A DNA stretch of 64,000 bases from Candidatus Woesearchaeota archaeon (lineage in GTDB: Archaea; Nanobdellota; Nanobdellia; UBA10117; JABICX01), in the NCBI GenBank assembly GCA_018652045.1, contig JABICX010000010.1:68451-132450 (forward strand). The letters run 5' to 3'. The notes beneath the pieces were generated by a model, which was not told the DNA's origin, did not search any database, and saw only the letters and a list, made by a program, of their open reading frames with translations. The translations under genes and the position numbers were made by a program. This document shows positions 29,408-38,889 of the stretch, piece by piece. Position 1 is the first letter of the stretch, and each line of letters starts with the position of its first letter.

Positions 29408-30859
29408 ATGGTGATTAGGTTCTACAATACATATACAAAGAAGAAAGAGTTATTTAAACCAATCAATAAGAACGAAGTTACATTGTATACATGTGGTCCA
29501 ACTGTTTACAAACCAATACATCTTGGTAATGCTAGAACATTTCTAATTGAAGATCTGTTACGACGGCATCTAGAGTTCTCTGGTTTTAAGGTGAAGCAGG
29601 TAATGAATATCACCGATGTAGGTCATCTAACACGAGATGATATTGAGGCTGGCGAAGATAAGATCCAGGCTGAAGCAAGGCGAAAGAAAGTTACACCAAA
29701 GCAGATTGCTGAAGTTAATGAGAAAGATTTCTACGCTCAGATGAAGCAGCTTAATGTTCTGAAAGCTTACAAGTATCCTAGAGCCACAGATCATATCAAA
29801 GAGATGCAGGATTGGATAAAGAAACTTCTCAAGAACAAACTTGCTTACGAAGTTAATGGTTCTGTTTACTTTGACATCTCTCGTTTCAAGAACTATGGAA
29901 AACTTTCTGGAAACACAATTGCTAATCTGAAAGCAGGAAAGAGCGGACGAAACTTGCGTAGTGAAGATAAGAAACACTTTTATGATTTTGCACTTTGGGT
30001 TAATGATTCAGAACATCTCATGAACTGGAAGAGTCCTTGGTGTGCTAAAGGTTATCCTGGATGGCATCTAGAGTGTACTGTAATGGCTACAAAGTATCTT
30101 GGAAAACAGTTTGATATTCATATGGGTGGTGAAGACAACATCTTTCCACATCATGAAGCTGAGATCGCGCAAGCAGAAGGCGTTACTGGAAAGCGTTGGG
30201 TTAACTATTGGATTCACCCACGCCACTTAATGGTTGATAAGAAGAAAATGTCAAAGCGAGACGGAAACTTCTACACACCAGAAGATATCTACTCACGAGG
30301 TTTTACACCTAGGCAGCTGAGGTTCTTCTTGATATCTACGCACTATCGAACAAAGCTTAACTTTACATTCGAAGCTCTAGAAGCCTCAAACAAAAGTTTG
30401 CAGAAATTGATAACGTTCATTGATGATTTGCAGAATGCTTCTGGAAGAAGTGCCAAAGATCGAAAGAACTTGGATATTGATGGAGCACTTAGTGCATTGC
30501 GAGTAAAGTTTATTGTTAGCATGAATGGCGATCTAAATATATCTGGCGCGTTAGGAGCACTGTTTACATTTGTAACGCGTATCAATAAACACATGCGTTC
30601 AGGATACATATCTCCAGCAGACGCAAAGAAGATATTGATTCAGTTAAAGAAGTTCGACAAAGTTCTTGGAGTGCTTTTTTGGAAGGGAACTGATAAGTTA
30701 TCTTTAGAGATTAAGCAGTTGATAAAGCAGCGAGAGGATGCGCGTAAGAAAGATGATTGGGCAACTTCTGATAAGATTAGAGATGAGTTAAGAGGTATGG
30801 GTATAGAACTGCAAGATGTCGGAGCTAAGACCAAGGTTGTAGTTAAGTTTAATGTATGA
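29408..30859 (+). CDS. cysS: cysteinyl-tRNA synthetase
   Basis: HIGH-type motif HLGNARTF, KMSKS motif KMSKRDGN, WHLECT zinc-site context. 483 aa. Confidence 0.92.
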   Translation: MVIRFYNTYTKKKELFKPINKNEVTLYTCGPTVYKPIHLGNARTFLIEDLLRRHLEFSGFKVKQVMNITDVGHLTRDDIEAGEDKIQAEARRKKVTPKQIAEVNEKDFYAQMKQLNVLKAYKYPRATDHIKEMQDWIKKLLKNKLAYEVNGSVYFDISRFKNYGKLSGNTIANLKAGKSGRNLRSEDKKHFYDFALWVNDSEHLMNWKSPWCAKGYPGWHLECTVMATKYLGKQFDIHMGGEDNIFPHHEAEIAQAEGVTGKRWVNYWIHPRHLMVDKKKMSKRDGNFYTPEDIYSRGFTPRQLRFFLISTHYRTKLNFTFEALEASNKSLQKLITFIDDLQNASGRSAKDRKNLDIDGALSALRVKFIVSMNGDLNISGALGALFTFVTRINKHMRSGYISPADAKKILIQLKKFDKVLGVLFWKGTDKLSLEIKQLIKQREDARKKDDWATSDKIRDELRGMGIELQDVGAKTKVVVKFNV

Positions 30860-30898
30860 AAAAGAAACCCTTAAAACAATCATTTTCTTAGTTTAGTT

Positions 30899-31561
30899 AT
30901 GGCACAGCAACAGGCAGCACCGCAAGGTCAGCAGCAATATACTCCTGAGCAGATAGCAGCAATAAAGAAGAAGCTAGAGAGTATGAAGCCTGAAGAGATT
31001 CAGGATATGATCAAGAAGCAGTGTGTATTCTGTCGAATCTTAAAAGGCGAGATCCCAACATTTCCAGTATGGGAAGATGAAAAGGTCTTTGCAACATTAG
31101 AGATTCAGCCAGCAAACGAAGGCCATGTTTTAGTATTTCCAAAAGAACACCATACAGTTCTTCCACAGATGCCTGACGACTTAGTCGCTCATCTTTTTTC
31201 TGTTGTAAAACAGATATCTGCTGTTGTGTTTGAAGTTACGGGTGCAGAAGGTGTAGAAGTTAGACAACGAAACGGCGCTGCAGCCGGGCAGATGATCCCA
31301 CACGTTCATGTTCATGTTATTCCAAGATTCCAGAAAGACGATGTTGTTACTGATTGGACTCCAAAACAGTTTGCTGAAGCAGACTTCCAAAAGATACAAG
31401 CAGTTCTTACAGATAAATCTAAAGATATAAAGTATCATAATCCTGAAGTGAAGATCGTAGAAAAAGTTGTATCTGCTCCAGCTGAAGAACCTGCGCCATC
31501 TGCGCCAAGTCCAAAGCCAGCAAGAAGGAAACCAACACCTCGATTAAATCGGCATCCTTAA
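30899..31561 (+). CDS. HIT-family (histidine triad) hydrolase with Gln-rich N-terminal and Pro-rich basic C-terminal extensions
   Basis: CVFCRI and the triad HVHVHVIPR. Confidence 0.8.
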   Translation: MAQQQAAPQGQQQYTPEQIAAIKKKLESMKPEEIQDMIKKQCVFCRILKGEIPTFPVWEDEKVFATLEIQPANEGHVLVFPKEHHTVLPQMPDDLVAHLFSVVKQISAVVFEVTGAEGVEVRQRNGAAAGQMIPHVHVHVIPRFQKDDVVTDWTPKQFAEADFQKIQAVLTDKSKDIKYHNPEVKIVEKVVSAPAEEPAPSAPSPKPARRKPTPRLNRHP

Positions 31562-31595
31562 TTTTAGAAAATTAAAATAAGAAAAAGTAAGAACC

Positions 31596-31910
31596 TTAGT
31601 TAAAGTTCTTGAAGAAATGATATACATCGTGATGTGCTCGTGCAGCTTCAACTGCATGGTTTATCATACCATTATCTAAATGTTCCATGATCTTTGCTCT
31701 TGCATGTGGTGGTAGACTGTCCATGTATTCGTATGCTTTGTCAATGTTTGTAACGGCCTGTCTTACATGCCTTTGTTTGGCAATGTAAAGCTCGTGATTT
31801 CGTGACTTAACAATACCCATGCTGGATAACACCCACACCAGGGCGATAAAACCAAGAACACCTAAAAAAACATAATTGCTTGTACCTGCTAGTAAAACCA
31901 TCTTTATCAA
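31596..31910 (-). CDS. small membrane-anchored hypothetical protein
   Basis: A single N-terminal TM helix followed by a His-rich helical region. Confidence 0.4.
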   Translation of the reverse strand: MIKMVLLAGTSNYVFLGVLGFIALVWVLSSMGIVKSRNHELYIAKQRHVRQAVTNIDKAYEYMDSLPPHARAKIMEHLDNGMINHAVEAARAHHDVYHFFKNFN

Positions 31911-31963
31911 TAATGTATATTAATCGTCGTATATATAGTTTATTTACTTATCTTGAGTGGTTA

Positions 31964-32842
31964 CTACAGTAGTAGGCTGAAAATATAGAACATTAAATCT
32001 ATTCCGAGCATACTTGTGATCAGTGCTAGTAGAAATGCAGGGACATACTGAATACCATCTTTGATAGTAACGGTTTTTAGTTTTCCTTGAGCTTCTAGTT
32101 TCCGAAGTTTCTGAAGCTCGCTTCTGCTTAACCCAGATCGTTCAGGTTCATAAACAACCGAACCTTTGACCGTTACAGGTTCTGTGAACCAATCACCTTC
32201 TTGTAACTCGCTCGGTTTGAGTTTGCGGAACATACAACAATTCTCAACCGCTTTAAGACTGAGAAATAGGTAAAAGAGTATGACTATCGTACCCCAAAGT
32301 AATGGTGCTGCAAGCGTTTCAGTCATAATGAAAAGTAATACGACAATAACAAGTAATATGTACAGCGAGATAATAACAAGTTTAAACTTGCTAAGTAAGA
32401 TACGCATCTCTTTAGTAAATTTTTTGTAGTGTTTAAGTGCGAGATAGCAAGTACCAAATATACCTATGACTGCACCCCATGTTAAGATGTTCAGGAAAGT
32501 TGTGACTAAGAATGGCCAAGCAGTTACTGCCGGAATCGTTGCTAATGTTGCACCGTATCCAGTTAGAAGTTTTGCATCACCACCACCCCAGACACCAGTG
32601 TAGTAGAACGCTGCTCCAATACCGTAAAAGATCGCAGCTCCAATAAGACTGTATATGATTGGTTTTGGTGAGTTAGACATGATAGCGAGAATAAGATTAG
32701 CTCCGATACCAAATATGATCAGAAAGTAATTCAACAGGTCTGGAACATACTTGTATTTTATATCAAAGCTGGTCGCAATAATCGTGGCGATGAGCGTAAC
32801 GCCAAGGATTAAGTAGAGTTCCATATAAGAACAAAGTTCCAA
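31964..32842 (-). CDS. class III signal peptidase (A24 prepilin/preflagellin peptidase, PibD/FlaK-like)
   Basis: Polytopic membrane protein with VPDLLNY (first Asp context) and WGGGDAKLL (GxGD second catalytic Asp). Has an extra soluble insert and C-terminal TM helices. Confidence 0.75.
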   Translation of the reverse strand: MELCSYMELYLILGVTLIATIIATSFDIKYKYVPDLLNYFLIIFGIGANLILAIMSNSPKPIIYSLIGAAIFYGIGAAFYYTGVWGGGDAKLLTGYGATLATIPAVTAWPFLVTTFLNILTWGAVIGIFGTCYLALKHYKKFTKEMRILLSKFKLVIISLYILLVIVVLLFIMTETLAAPLLWGTIVILFYLFLSLKAVENCCMFRKLKPSELQEGDWFTEPVTVKGSVVYEPERSGLSRSELQKLRKLEAQGKLKTVTIKDGIQYVPAFLLALITSMLGIDLMFYIFSLLL

Positions 32843-32857
32843 TAATTATATAAATAT

Positions 32858-33052
32858 TTGTGCGAAAGGGGAGATATGGTTTCCATTGATTTTAGCTCTA
32901 CAAATATGTTATTTTTTCTATTAGGGTTCCTCTTTTGCGCTTGTTTGATAGTAGTATTAGCCATTGCGTTCGTGGTTTTTCCACATATAACTGAAGCTAA
33001 ACGTTTCTTTAATTTCTATCTGAAGGTTAAAGATAAAGAGAGTAGACGGTGA
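32858..33052 (+). CDS. small membrane protein
   Basis: 64 aa with one hydrophobic helix. 4-nt overlap with uppS. Confidence 0.3.
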   Translation: MCERGDMVSIDFSSTNMLFFLLGFLFCACLIVVLAIAFVVFPHITEAKRFFNFYLKVKDKESRR

Positions 33053-33762
33053 GTTCTATGAAACTTCAGCTTCCAAAACACGTTGCGTTTATTCTCGATG
33101 GGAATCGAAGGTTTGGTAAATTAGTTATGGGAGATCGCTTGGCAGGTCATCGATTCGGATCTGATAAAGTCTTAGAGGTTCTGAGATGGTGTCAAGAGTA
33201 TGATATTCGTGAAGTAACTATGTGGGTTTTTTCAACAGAGAATTTTAATCGTCCAGAAAAAGAAGTATCCCTGATCATGCAACTCTTCATAGAGAAGTTG
33301 AAAGCAGTAGTAAACAACAAAGATATTCATAAACAAGAGGTACGGATCAACTTTTGTGGTAGAACTGACCTGTTCCCACAAAAAGTACAGCAAAGCATGT
33401 CGCAAGTTGTCGACGCTACAAAAGGATATAGTAAGTTTGTTGTTAACATGGCAGTTGGATATGGCGGACACCAAGAGATATTAGATGTTGCAAAGAGTCT
33501 TGCGCGCAAGGCTGTAGCTGGTGAACTGTCTCCAGATCAAATCGCGTCAAAAGATTTTGAAGCAGCAATGTATCTTGATCTACCTGACATAGACCTAATC
33601 ATTAGAACTGGTGGAGTTAGACGAACCAGTGGTTTTATGCCGTGGAAAGGTGCATATGCAGAGTGGTACTTTACAGAGAAGTTCTGGCCAGAGTTAGATA
33701 AGACTGATTTTATTCGTGCACTAACTGATTATTCTGAACGAAAGAGACGTTTTGGAAAGTGA
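33049..33762 (+). CDS. uppS: cis-prenyltransferase (di-trans,poly-cis-undecaprenyl/decaprenyl diphosphate synthase)
   Basis: HVAFILDGNRRFG, and RTGGVRRTSGF in the C-terminal part. The start could instead be ATG 33058. Confidence 0.88.
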   Translation: MSSMKLQLPKHVAFILDGNRRFGKLVMGDRLAGHRFGSDKVLEVLRWCQEYDIREVTMWVFSTENFNRPEKEVSLIMQLFIEKLKAVVNNKDIHKQEVRINFCGRTDLFPQKVQQSMSQVVDATKGYSKFVVNMAVGYGGHQEILDVAKSLARKAVAGELSPDQIASKDFEAAMYLDLPDIDLIIRTGGVRRTSGFMPWKGAYAEWYFTEKFWPELDKTDFIRALTDYSERKRRFGK

Positions 33763-34806
33763 TTAAGCATCTTCTATACCTTTCTCCGTGACTTTGAATA
33801 TAGCTTCACCTTCAGGTAGATATGGTGAATCAATAAGTCTTGCAATACGTTTTCCAGCTTTTCCTTTTCTAAGATATATTCTGAACTGACACGCATGGTG
33901 TAAGATGTGTCCGCCAATCGCTGCAGTTGGATTCCCAAAGAAAATATCTGGGCGAGACATAACTTGGTTAGTTATGTAGATTGCAATGTTATGTAAGTCT
34001 GCTAGCTTTTGAAGTGTGTGAATGTGTTTGTTTAATTTTTGTTGTCGCGTTGCTAGTGTTCCTCTACCCGCGTATTCTGAACGAAATAATCCCATCATGG
34101 AGTCCATGATAATTAATTTAACCGGCAATTTTTTGTCCTTGATTAAGTCAGAGATTTTTTCTGCAAGAAGCATCTGATGATCTGATGTAAAAGCTCGTGC
34201 AACCATGATTTTTTTCATAACTTTCTCAGGATCTAAACCACGTGCTTCTGCAATTTGCTTTATTCTTTCAGGTCTAAATGTATTTTCAGTATCAATGAAA
34301 ACACAATAACCATCAAGACCACCTTGATCTACCGGAAGTTGAACATTTACTGCAAGTTGCATTGCTATCTGAGATTTTCCTGAACCAAATTCACCAAAAC
34401 ACTCAGTAATTCCTTGACTTTCAATTCCACCACCAATTAGTTTGTCAACTTCAGTACTACCAATAGTAATTTTTGTAATGGATTTTCTTTTGTTAGAAAC
34501 TTCTTCTGCACTAATAAATCCAAGTTCCATTGCATCACGTGCGGCAGCAATAGCTTTGTTTGCAGTTGCTTCAGTAATGCCTGCAACATCAGAAAGAACG
34601 CCAGCGCTGGCAACAGCAATACTCATAAGATCTTCAAAGTGTGCCTCTCGAAGTTTCTCAATCGTTACAGGTCCAATACCTGGAAGATCATCGAGCTTAG
34701 TAATCTTAGAATCTTCTTTAGTCTTACCAACTCGTTCATCATCTGAAAATGATTCATCTACTGCTTCTACAATTTCTTTTTCAACTTTCTTTTTCTTCAC
34801 TACCAT
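33763..34806 (-). CDS. radA: RadA recombinase
   Basis: N-terminal Hh[16 protein letters not shown]. Walker [10 protein letters not shown]. Walker B LIIMDSM. 347 aa. Confidence 0.92.
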   Translation of the reverse strand: MVVKKKKVEKEIVEAVDESFSDDERVGKTKEDSKITKLDDLPGIGPVTIEKLREAHFEDLMSIAVASAGVLSDVAGITEATANKAIAAARDAMELGFISAEEVSNKRKSITKITIGSTEVDKLIGGGIESQGITECFGEFGSGKSQIAMQLAVNVQLPVDQGGLDGYCVFIDTENTFRPERIKQIAEARGLDPEKVMKKIMVARAFTSDHQMLLAEKISDLIKDKKLPVKLIIMDSMMGLFRSEYAGRGTLATRQQKLNKHIHTLQKLADLHNIAIYITNQVMSRPDIFFGNPTAAIGGHILHHACQFRIYLRKGKAGKRIARLIDSPYLPEGEAIFKVTEKGIEDA

Positions 34807-35281
34807 TTTTTTTACCTAAGATCTTATCAACAAGAGTTAGTATTCTTGCATCTATAGATTCGTTCCATTCGTTGTAACCTTCTAGTATTCTTTCAAGTTG
34901 GTAACAGATTCGTGGATCATTTATGTCAAACGTTTCGTTTTCAAAGTGACTTAGTTCTGATTCTAAACCAGTGTCACAGAGTGTATAATCTAATAATTTT
35001 TTACAAGTTCCACAGACTTCGATATCACTACTTTCTTCGGCAGTCCACCCACCACTCGACACAATTGACGGCTCTTTCTCATCTTCCCGAGCTTGTTCTA
35101 CTGCGGCATCGATACAATCTACGCAATAACTCGTACGTGCAATATCATCACTTAAGACAAAGTATGGTACACTCGGACTAATGCTTGGATCACAGTCAGA
35201 TAGTAAAGATTGTGCTTCGTTAATTTTTAATAGATCTGAATCTTTCGCGTTTGACAGTAATGTAATTGGGTTTTCTTTCAT
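34781..35281 (-). CDS. acidic Cys-containing hypothetical protein between rpa and radA
   Basis: 166 aa. CVDCIDAA and [13 protein letters not shown] motifs. 26-nt overlap with the radA start. Confidence 0.5.
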   Translation of the reverse strand: MKENPITLLSNAKDSDLLKINEAQSLLSDCDPSISPSVPYFVLSDDIARTSYCVDCIDAAVEQAREDEKEPSIVSSGGWTAEESSDIEVCGTCKKLLDYTLCDTGLESELSHFENETFDINDPRICYQLERILEGYNEWNESIDARILTLVDKILGKKNGSEEKES

Positions 35282-35347
35282 TGGTTTTCTCCAAAGGTGT
35301 ATGTTAAGTGCTTTATTAATCTCTTACGCGTGGTTGTCTAGTGTCTA

Positions 35348-36367
35348 CTAGTCCTTAGTCAACTGTTTTGCAATTGCTACAGGGTTAAGATTCAGATTCA
35401 GAGAGTTAATCGTTACCTCAATTCTATCAAACTGCTTGTTGTCTCGGACAGACCCTTCGAACTCAACCTCTAGTCCAAGTAGTTTGTTATCTAGTTCTTC
35501 TTGGAATAGTACAATGTTTTCAGTTTTCTCTTTTGCTTCTTTTCCAGATAGACCTGAGATTGTTTCAGCGACGTTGCTAAAAGCAGTACATCTGATGGCA
35601 CCTTTACCATCATCGATTATTAAAGACAGAACCATTGCAGGAGCGGACTCAACAGCACCGTGTTCATTACATTTATTGTCAAAGACCTTTTTGTTACATT
35701 GTGGGCATGCATCGTAGAATGCAGGTGGATAGACTCTGACGATCGTGCCGAGTGACCGAATCTTTTGGTTAGCTTGAATATGATCTAGGGACGTTTCGAT
35801 TACAGCTCCAGAACTTCCTGATTCTGATGCGTCAGGTATCTGTACATTAACCTCTTCTTCAACATCAAGAATCAACTGACTGCGTATGTTTAGATGAATC
35901 TCCTTTCCATTTGGAGAGAAGTCCGAACTCTTTATCATACCATTTTTGACTTTGACAACCTGACCTTGTTTAAGCGTACCTTCTTTGATTATGTTTGCTT
36001 TTTGATCCCATAGAACAATGCGAGTTGTGGCAGATTCATCGATTATGTTAAAGTTTCCAACCTGACTAGTCTTGCCTTTCTTCTGAAACTCTCTGATTGG
36101 AAAGACGCGTGCGACTTTACCAACAATCTCAAAGTTTCTTAATCCAACTACAAGGTCCTTGATAGCCATTCTCGCGCCGCTCTCATCTGGAATCTTAAAC
36201 AGTTCTACACTAAGATCATGTGCGACGATATATGCAGCACCTTCTTCAGAAACTAATCCATCATGTGAATCGCATTTAGCTTTGATCATCTCTTGGATCT
36301 TATCTTCAGGTAGCTTTGAAGTAGTGCTGATCTTTTTTATGATTTCAGCTAATGGCATATGTAACAT
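35348..36367 (-). CDS. rpa: replication protein A (RPA)-like ssDNA-binding protein with OB folds and a zinc ribbon
   Basis: N-terminal winged-helix-like LAEIIKKISTTSKLPEDKIQEMI. OB-fold-like blocks (VARVFPIREFQKKGKTSQVGNFNIIDESATTRIVLWD). CPQCNKKVFDNKCNEHG zinc ribbon. Confidence 0.75.
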   Translation of the reverse strand: MLHMPLAEIIKKISTTSKLPEDKIQEMIKAKCDSHDGLVSEEGAAYIVAHDLSVELFKIPDESGARMAIKDLVVGLRNFEIVGKVARVFPIREFQKKGKTSQVGNFNIIDESATTRIVLWDQKANIIKEGTLKQGQVVKVKNGMIKSSDFSPNGKEIHLNIRSQLILDVEEEVNVQIPDASESGSSGAVIETSLDHIQANQKIRSLGTIVRVYPPAFYDACPQCNKKVFDNKCNEHGAVESAPAMVLSLIIDDGKGAIRCTAFSNVAETISGLSGKEAKEKTENIVLFQEELDNKLLGLEVEFEGSVRDNKQFDRIEVTINSLNLNLNPVAIAKQLTKD

Positions 36368-36407
36368 ATGGAGAACTTTTTGTATTCTAATTTAAGGATT
36401 TGTTTGC

Positions 36408-36869
36408 TTAATCCACTAGATGAAATTTTTTATGTTCACCTATAACAACAGGGCTATCTGATGTTACAATAAGACCCAATGAAGTTGGACTTTCTGCTGA
36501 GCGTCCGATTTTTCTACGTCGTTTTTGTTCAGGATCTACAATCGCCAGTTCCTTTCCAAAGTCAGGAAAAGCTATCCGTGTATGATAAGTTTGTAGATCT
36601 ACACTCTGTTTTTCAGATAGATCACACGCCGGTACAACAATTAATTTTTCACCATCATCAGATTCATACAAATGTGCTGGCACATATGTATTGCCTACTA
36701 GTGTACTGTGTCGGACAGCATGTATTAAATTATCATCAACACATTCACCAGTTAATATAACTGATTGAGGTTCAAGCGGAAGCGGTATTCTGAAAAGTGG
36801 AAGTTGTAATTTCTTTGGCGGAGTACCCCTTTTTTTATTTTTATGTGGACCACTGTGCGTTTTTACCAT
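36408..36869 (-). CDS. hypothetical protein (basic N-terminus), downstream partner of the HerA-like ATPase
   Basis: 153 aa with no motif I recognise. 31-nt gap to the ATPase gene on the same strand. Confidence 0.45.
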   Translation of the reverse strand: MVKTHSGPHKNKKRGTPPKKLQLPLFRIPLPLEPQSVILTGECVDDNLIHAVRHSTLVGNTYVPAHLYESDDGEKLIVVPACDLSEKQSVDLQTYHTRIAFPDFGKELAIVDPEQKRRRKIGRSAESPTSLGLIVTSDSPVVIGEHKKFHLVD

Positions 36870-36900
36870 TATATTTATCTTAAAAAAGATTTAAAAAGTT

Positions 36901-38202
36901 TTATGTTTTGGAAAAAAGTAAGTTCTTCTTAGTCTTACGAATTATGCTTGGATCTTCTCCGCCGTGCCAGGAAATCCGCGGTTGAATCTGGATTGGAAAG
37001 ATCTTTTCAGAGTTGTCGTCTAGAACAATCGCAGCACCTTTTACTCGCGGTAGATTGTTTATGTAGTTCTCCACATCAAAAGATAGGTAACTTTGCATGA
37101 TTTCATTGAGTGCTTTAACGTCTATACGTGCAGTCAGTCGATGAGATAGTACTATATCACTCTGCGTCATAACATCTGAATGTATCTTACCTGGCTGTTG
37201 TGTTGCAAGTACCATTGATATGCCTGGCTGGCGACCCTCACGTAAGAGCTGAACAATTGGTTTTGTAGCCAAAGTATCTCCTTTTTCAGGTATAAATTCG
37301 TGAGCTTCATCAATGAGAATCCACACTAACGGCATTTTTTCTTTTGTTAACTTTATGTCCCGCGTAACTTTTGCAACCTCTTCAAACTTTCTCGAAAGCA
37401 GGCGTTTTTTAAGAATATGTTTGCAGAAGAGCGCAATAACCAAGTCTTTAATTTCCTGTCCATCTTCAACAAAGTTGTAGGCACTTAGATCAATTATGCT
37501 CGTTTCACCTGCAGCTACAATATCTGTGAATTTAGTTGCTTTATTAGAGAATAGCGACCATTTTTCAACCGCTTCAAACCGCGCAATAACCAAGTTTTTA
37601 TCCTGGTCCGTTGCTCGTTTATCAGATTGTATGGCTTTAATGATATCATCTACTGAGAAGTTCTTTTTGAGAGCTAGTACTGCTCGCTCAATTAAGATTC
37701 CCGCATTACTGTTAAAATCAATCTTAAAAAGACCACACCAATCTCTCGTTTCTAATTCTGAAGGGGCGAGTGCGAGTGGATAGTCTACGGGAAGTTTTTT
37801 GCTTTCATATTCTTCAACTAACCCAAAAGGTACAAAGACACGAGTCTTGAGCGGCGTTGGTTTAAGACCCCATTCTCGAACAAGTTCGTCTTCTTTATAA
37901 TTCGGATGCTTCATGGTCCAATAGATACCCATTGTATCAAACATGATTGTTGCAGTGTTACTTTTAAGTTCAGGTTTTAGGTTAGCTAGACCTTCAGCAA
38001 TAACTCCTAAAGAGTACGATTTTCCAGAACCTCTTTTTCCAGATACTAGAATAACATGTGGTCGGTTAACATCAAGAAGAACGGGGTTTGCTAGGCTTTT
38101 CTCACGTTCCATCGTTATGTAATGTTTTCCGAGCGAGATAGCACCTTCCTCTCCAAAGGTTTTAATGTCTGTCTCGTTTCGACCAAGAATGATGTTCTCC
38201 AT
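36901..38202 (-). CDS. HerA-like / DUF87 P-loop ATPase
   Basis: Walker A VSGKRGSGKSYSLG. Walker B WILIDEAHEF. MVLATQQPGKI (FtsK/HerA-type sensor region). 433 aa. Confidence 0.7.
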   Translation of the reverse strand: MENIILGRNETDIKTFGEEGAISLGKHYITMEREKSLANPVLLDVNRPHVILVSGKRGSGKSYSLGVIAEGLANLKPELKSNTATIMFDTMGIYWTMKHPNYKEDELVREWGLKPTPLKTRVFVPFGLVEEYESKKLPVDYPLALAPSELETRDWCGLFKIDFNSNAGILIERAVLALKKNFSVDDIIKAIQSDKRATDQDKNLVIARFEAVEKWSLFSNKATKFTDIVAAGETSIIDLSAYNFVEDGQEIKDLVIALFCKHILKKRLLSRKFEEVAKVTRDIKLTKEKMPLVWILIDEAHEFIPEKGDTLATKPIVQLLREGRQPGISMVLATQQPGKIHSDVMTQSDIVLSHRLTARIDVKALNEIMQSYLSFDVENYINNLPRVKGAAIVLDDNSEKIFPIQIQPRISWHGGEDPSIIRKTKKNLLFSKT

Positions 38203-38205
38203 AGT

Positions 38206-38215
38206 CTTTTAAAAC
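38206..38215 (+). promoter_or_regulatory. TATA-like box upstream of tRNA-Ser
   Basis: CTTTTAAAAC, 23-32 nt upstream of the tRNA 5' end at 38238. Confidence 0.5.
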
Positions 38216-38237
38216 GCTCTTTAATAATAACGTTTGT

Positions 38238-38364
38238 GCCGTGGTGGCGCAATCTGGTACCGCGTCAGCCTCGAATAACCCTTTCCACTTTGCGCAAAGC
38301 GTTAGCGGAAAGAAGGGATAGCTGATTTCCTTTGGATATGTAGGTTCGAATCCTGCCCACGGCG
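38238..38364 (+). tRNA. tRNA-Ser(CGA), class II, with canonical-position intron
   Basis: Acceptor GCCGTGG/CCACGGC, G73, 3-bp D-stem GCG/CGC. Anticodon stem TCAGC/GCTGA, loop CTCGAA|A. Long variable arm TTTCCTTTGGATAT. T arm GTAGG-TTCGAAT-CCTGC. Confidence 0.8.
38276..38319 (+). other. tRNA-Ser intron (44 nt, position 37/38)
   Basis: The boundaries follow from the need for a 7-nt anticodon loop. The BHB is relaxed (central helix CTC/GGG only). The intron has internal hairpins (TTTGCGCAAA, TTTCC/GGAAA). Confidence 0.6.
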
Positions 38365-38419
38365 TTTCTATCTTATTAAGAAAACAAGTTTATTTAAGGC
38401 GTAATGTACTCAGAAAGGT

Positions 38420-38851
38420 ATGAAAGATATAGAGATACTCAAGAAAGTTGCTGCTCAGGAGTTAGCTGCTGAGACGCGATATGCTGAGCAAGTTTCTAAG
38501 CTTTGCGATGGTAAGGTCAAGGAAGTAATCGCTGAACTTAAAGACGAAGAGCAAAGGCATAAACGTGAATGTGCAGTAATCATTAAGTTTCATGAGTCTG
38601 GTTTTGATGCATCTTCGTACGACGAAGCAGTAGATATGGAATTGAATTCATTACAATGTGTTAATATGCCAGATATGATTGCATTCTTGGAGTTAGATGT
38701 TGAAAAAGAACTAGAAGCAAAAAAGCTATATGAAGGATATGCGCGAGATGCTAAAGACGAAAAGATTGCTAATATGTTAATAAACTTCGCAGAAGATGAA
38801 GCATCACACGTAGAAAAGATACATGCGTTACTATCTGAACTGCAAGGCTGA
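38420..38851 (+). CDS. ferritin-like / rubrerythrin-type diiron four-helix-bundle protein
   Basis: Two E...ExxH pairs (ETRYAE...EEQRHKRE and EAKKLYE...EDEASHVEK). Confidence 0.65.
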   Translation: MKDIEILKKVAAQELAAETRYAEQVSKLCDGKVKEVIAELKDEEQRHKRECAVIIKFHESGFDASSYDEAVDMELNSLQCVNMPDMIAFLELDVEKELEAKKLYEGYARDAKDEKIANMLINFAEDEASHVEKIHALLSELQG

Positions 38852-38889
38852 TTCACAAGACTTTAAAACTTAAGTTTTTATTCATTTTA

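Noticed and set aside
29177-29418. Three short ORFs (29177-29404 on -, 29189-29383 on +, 29218-29418 on +) and similar ORFs at 38122-38325 and 48501-48683.
   Set aside because: They overlap tRNA genes (Cys, Ser, Asn/Ile) and their introns. tRNA structure explains these regions.
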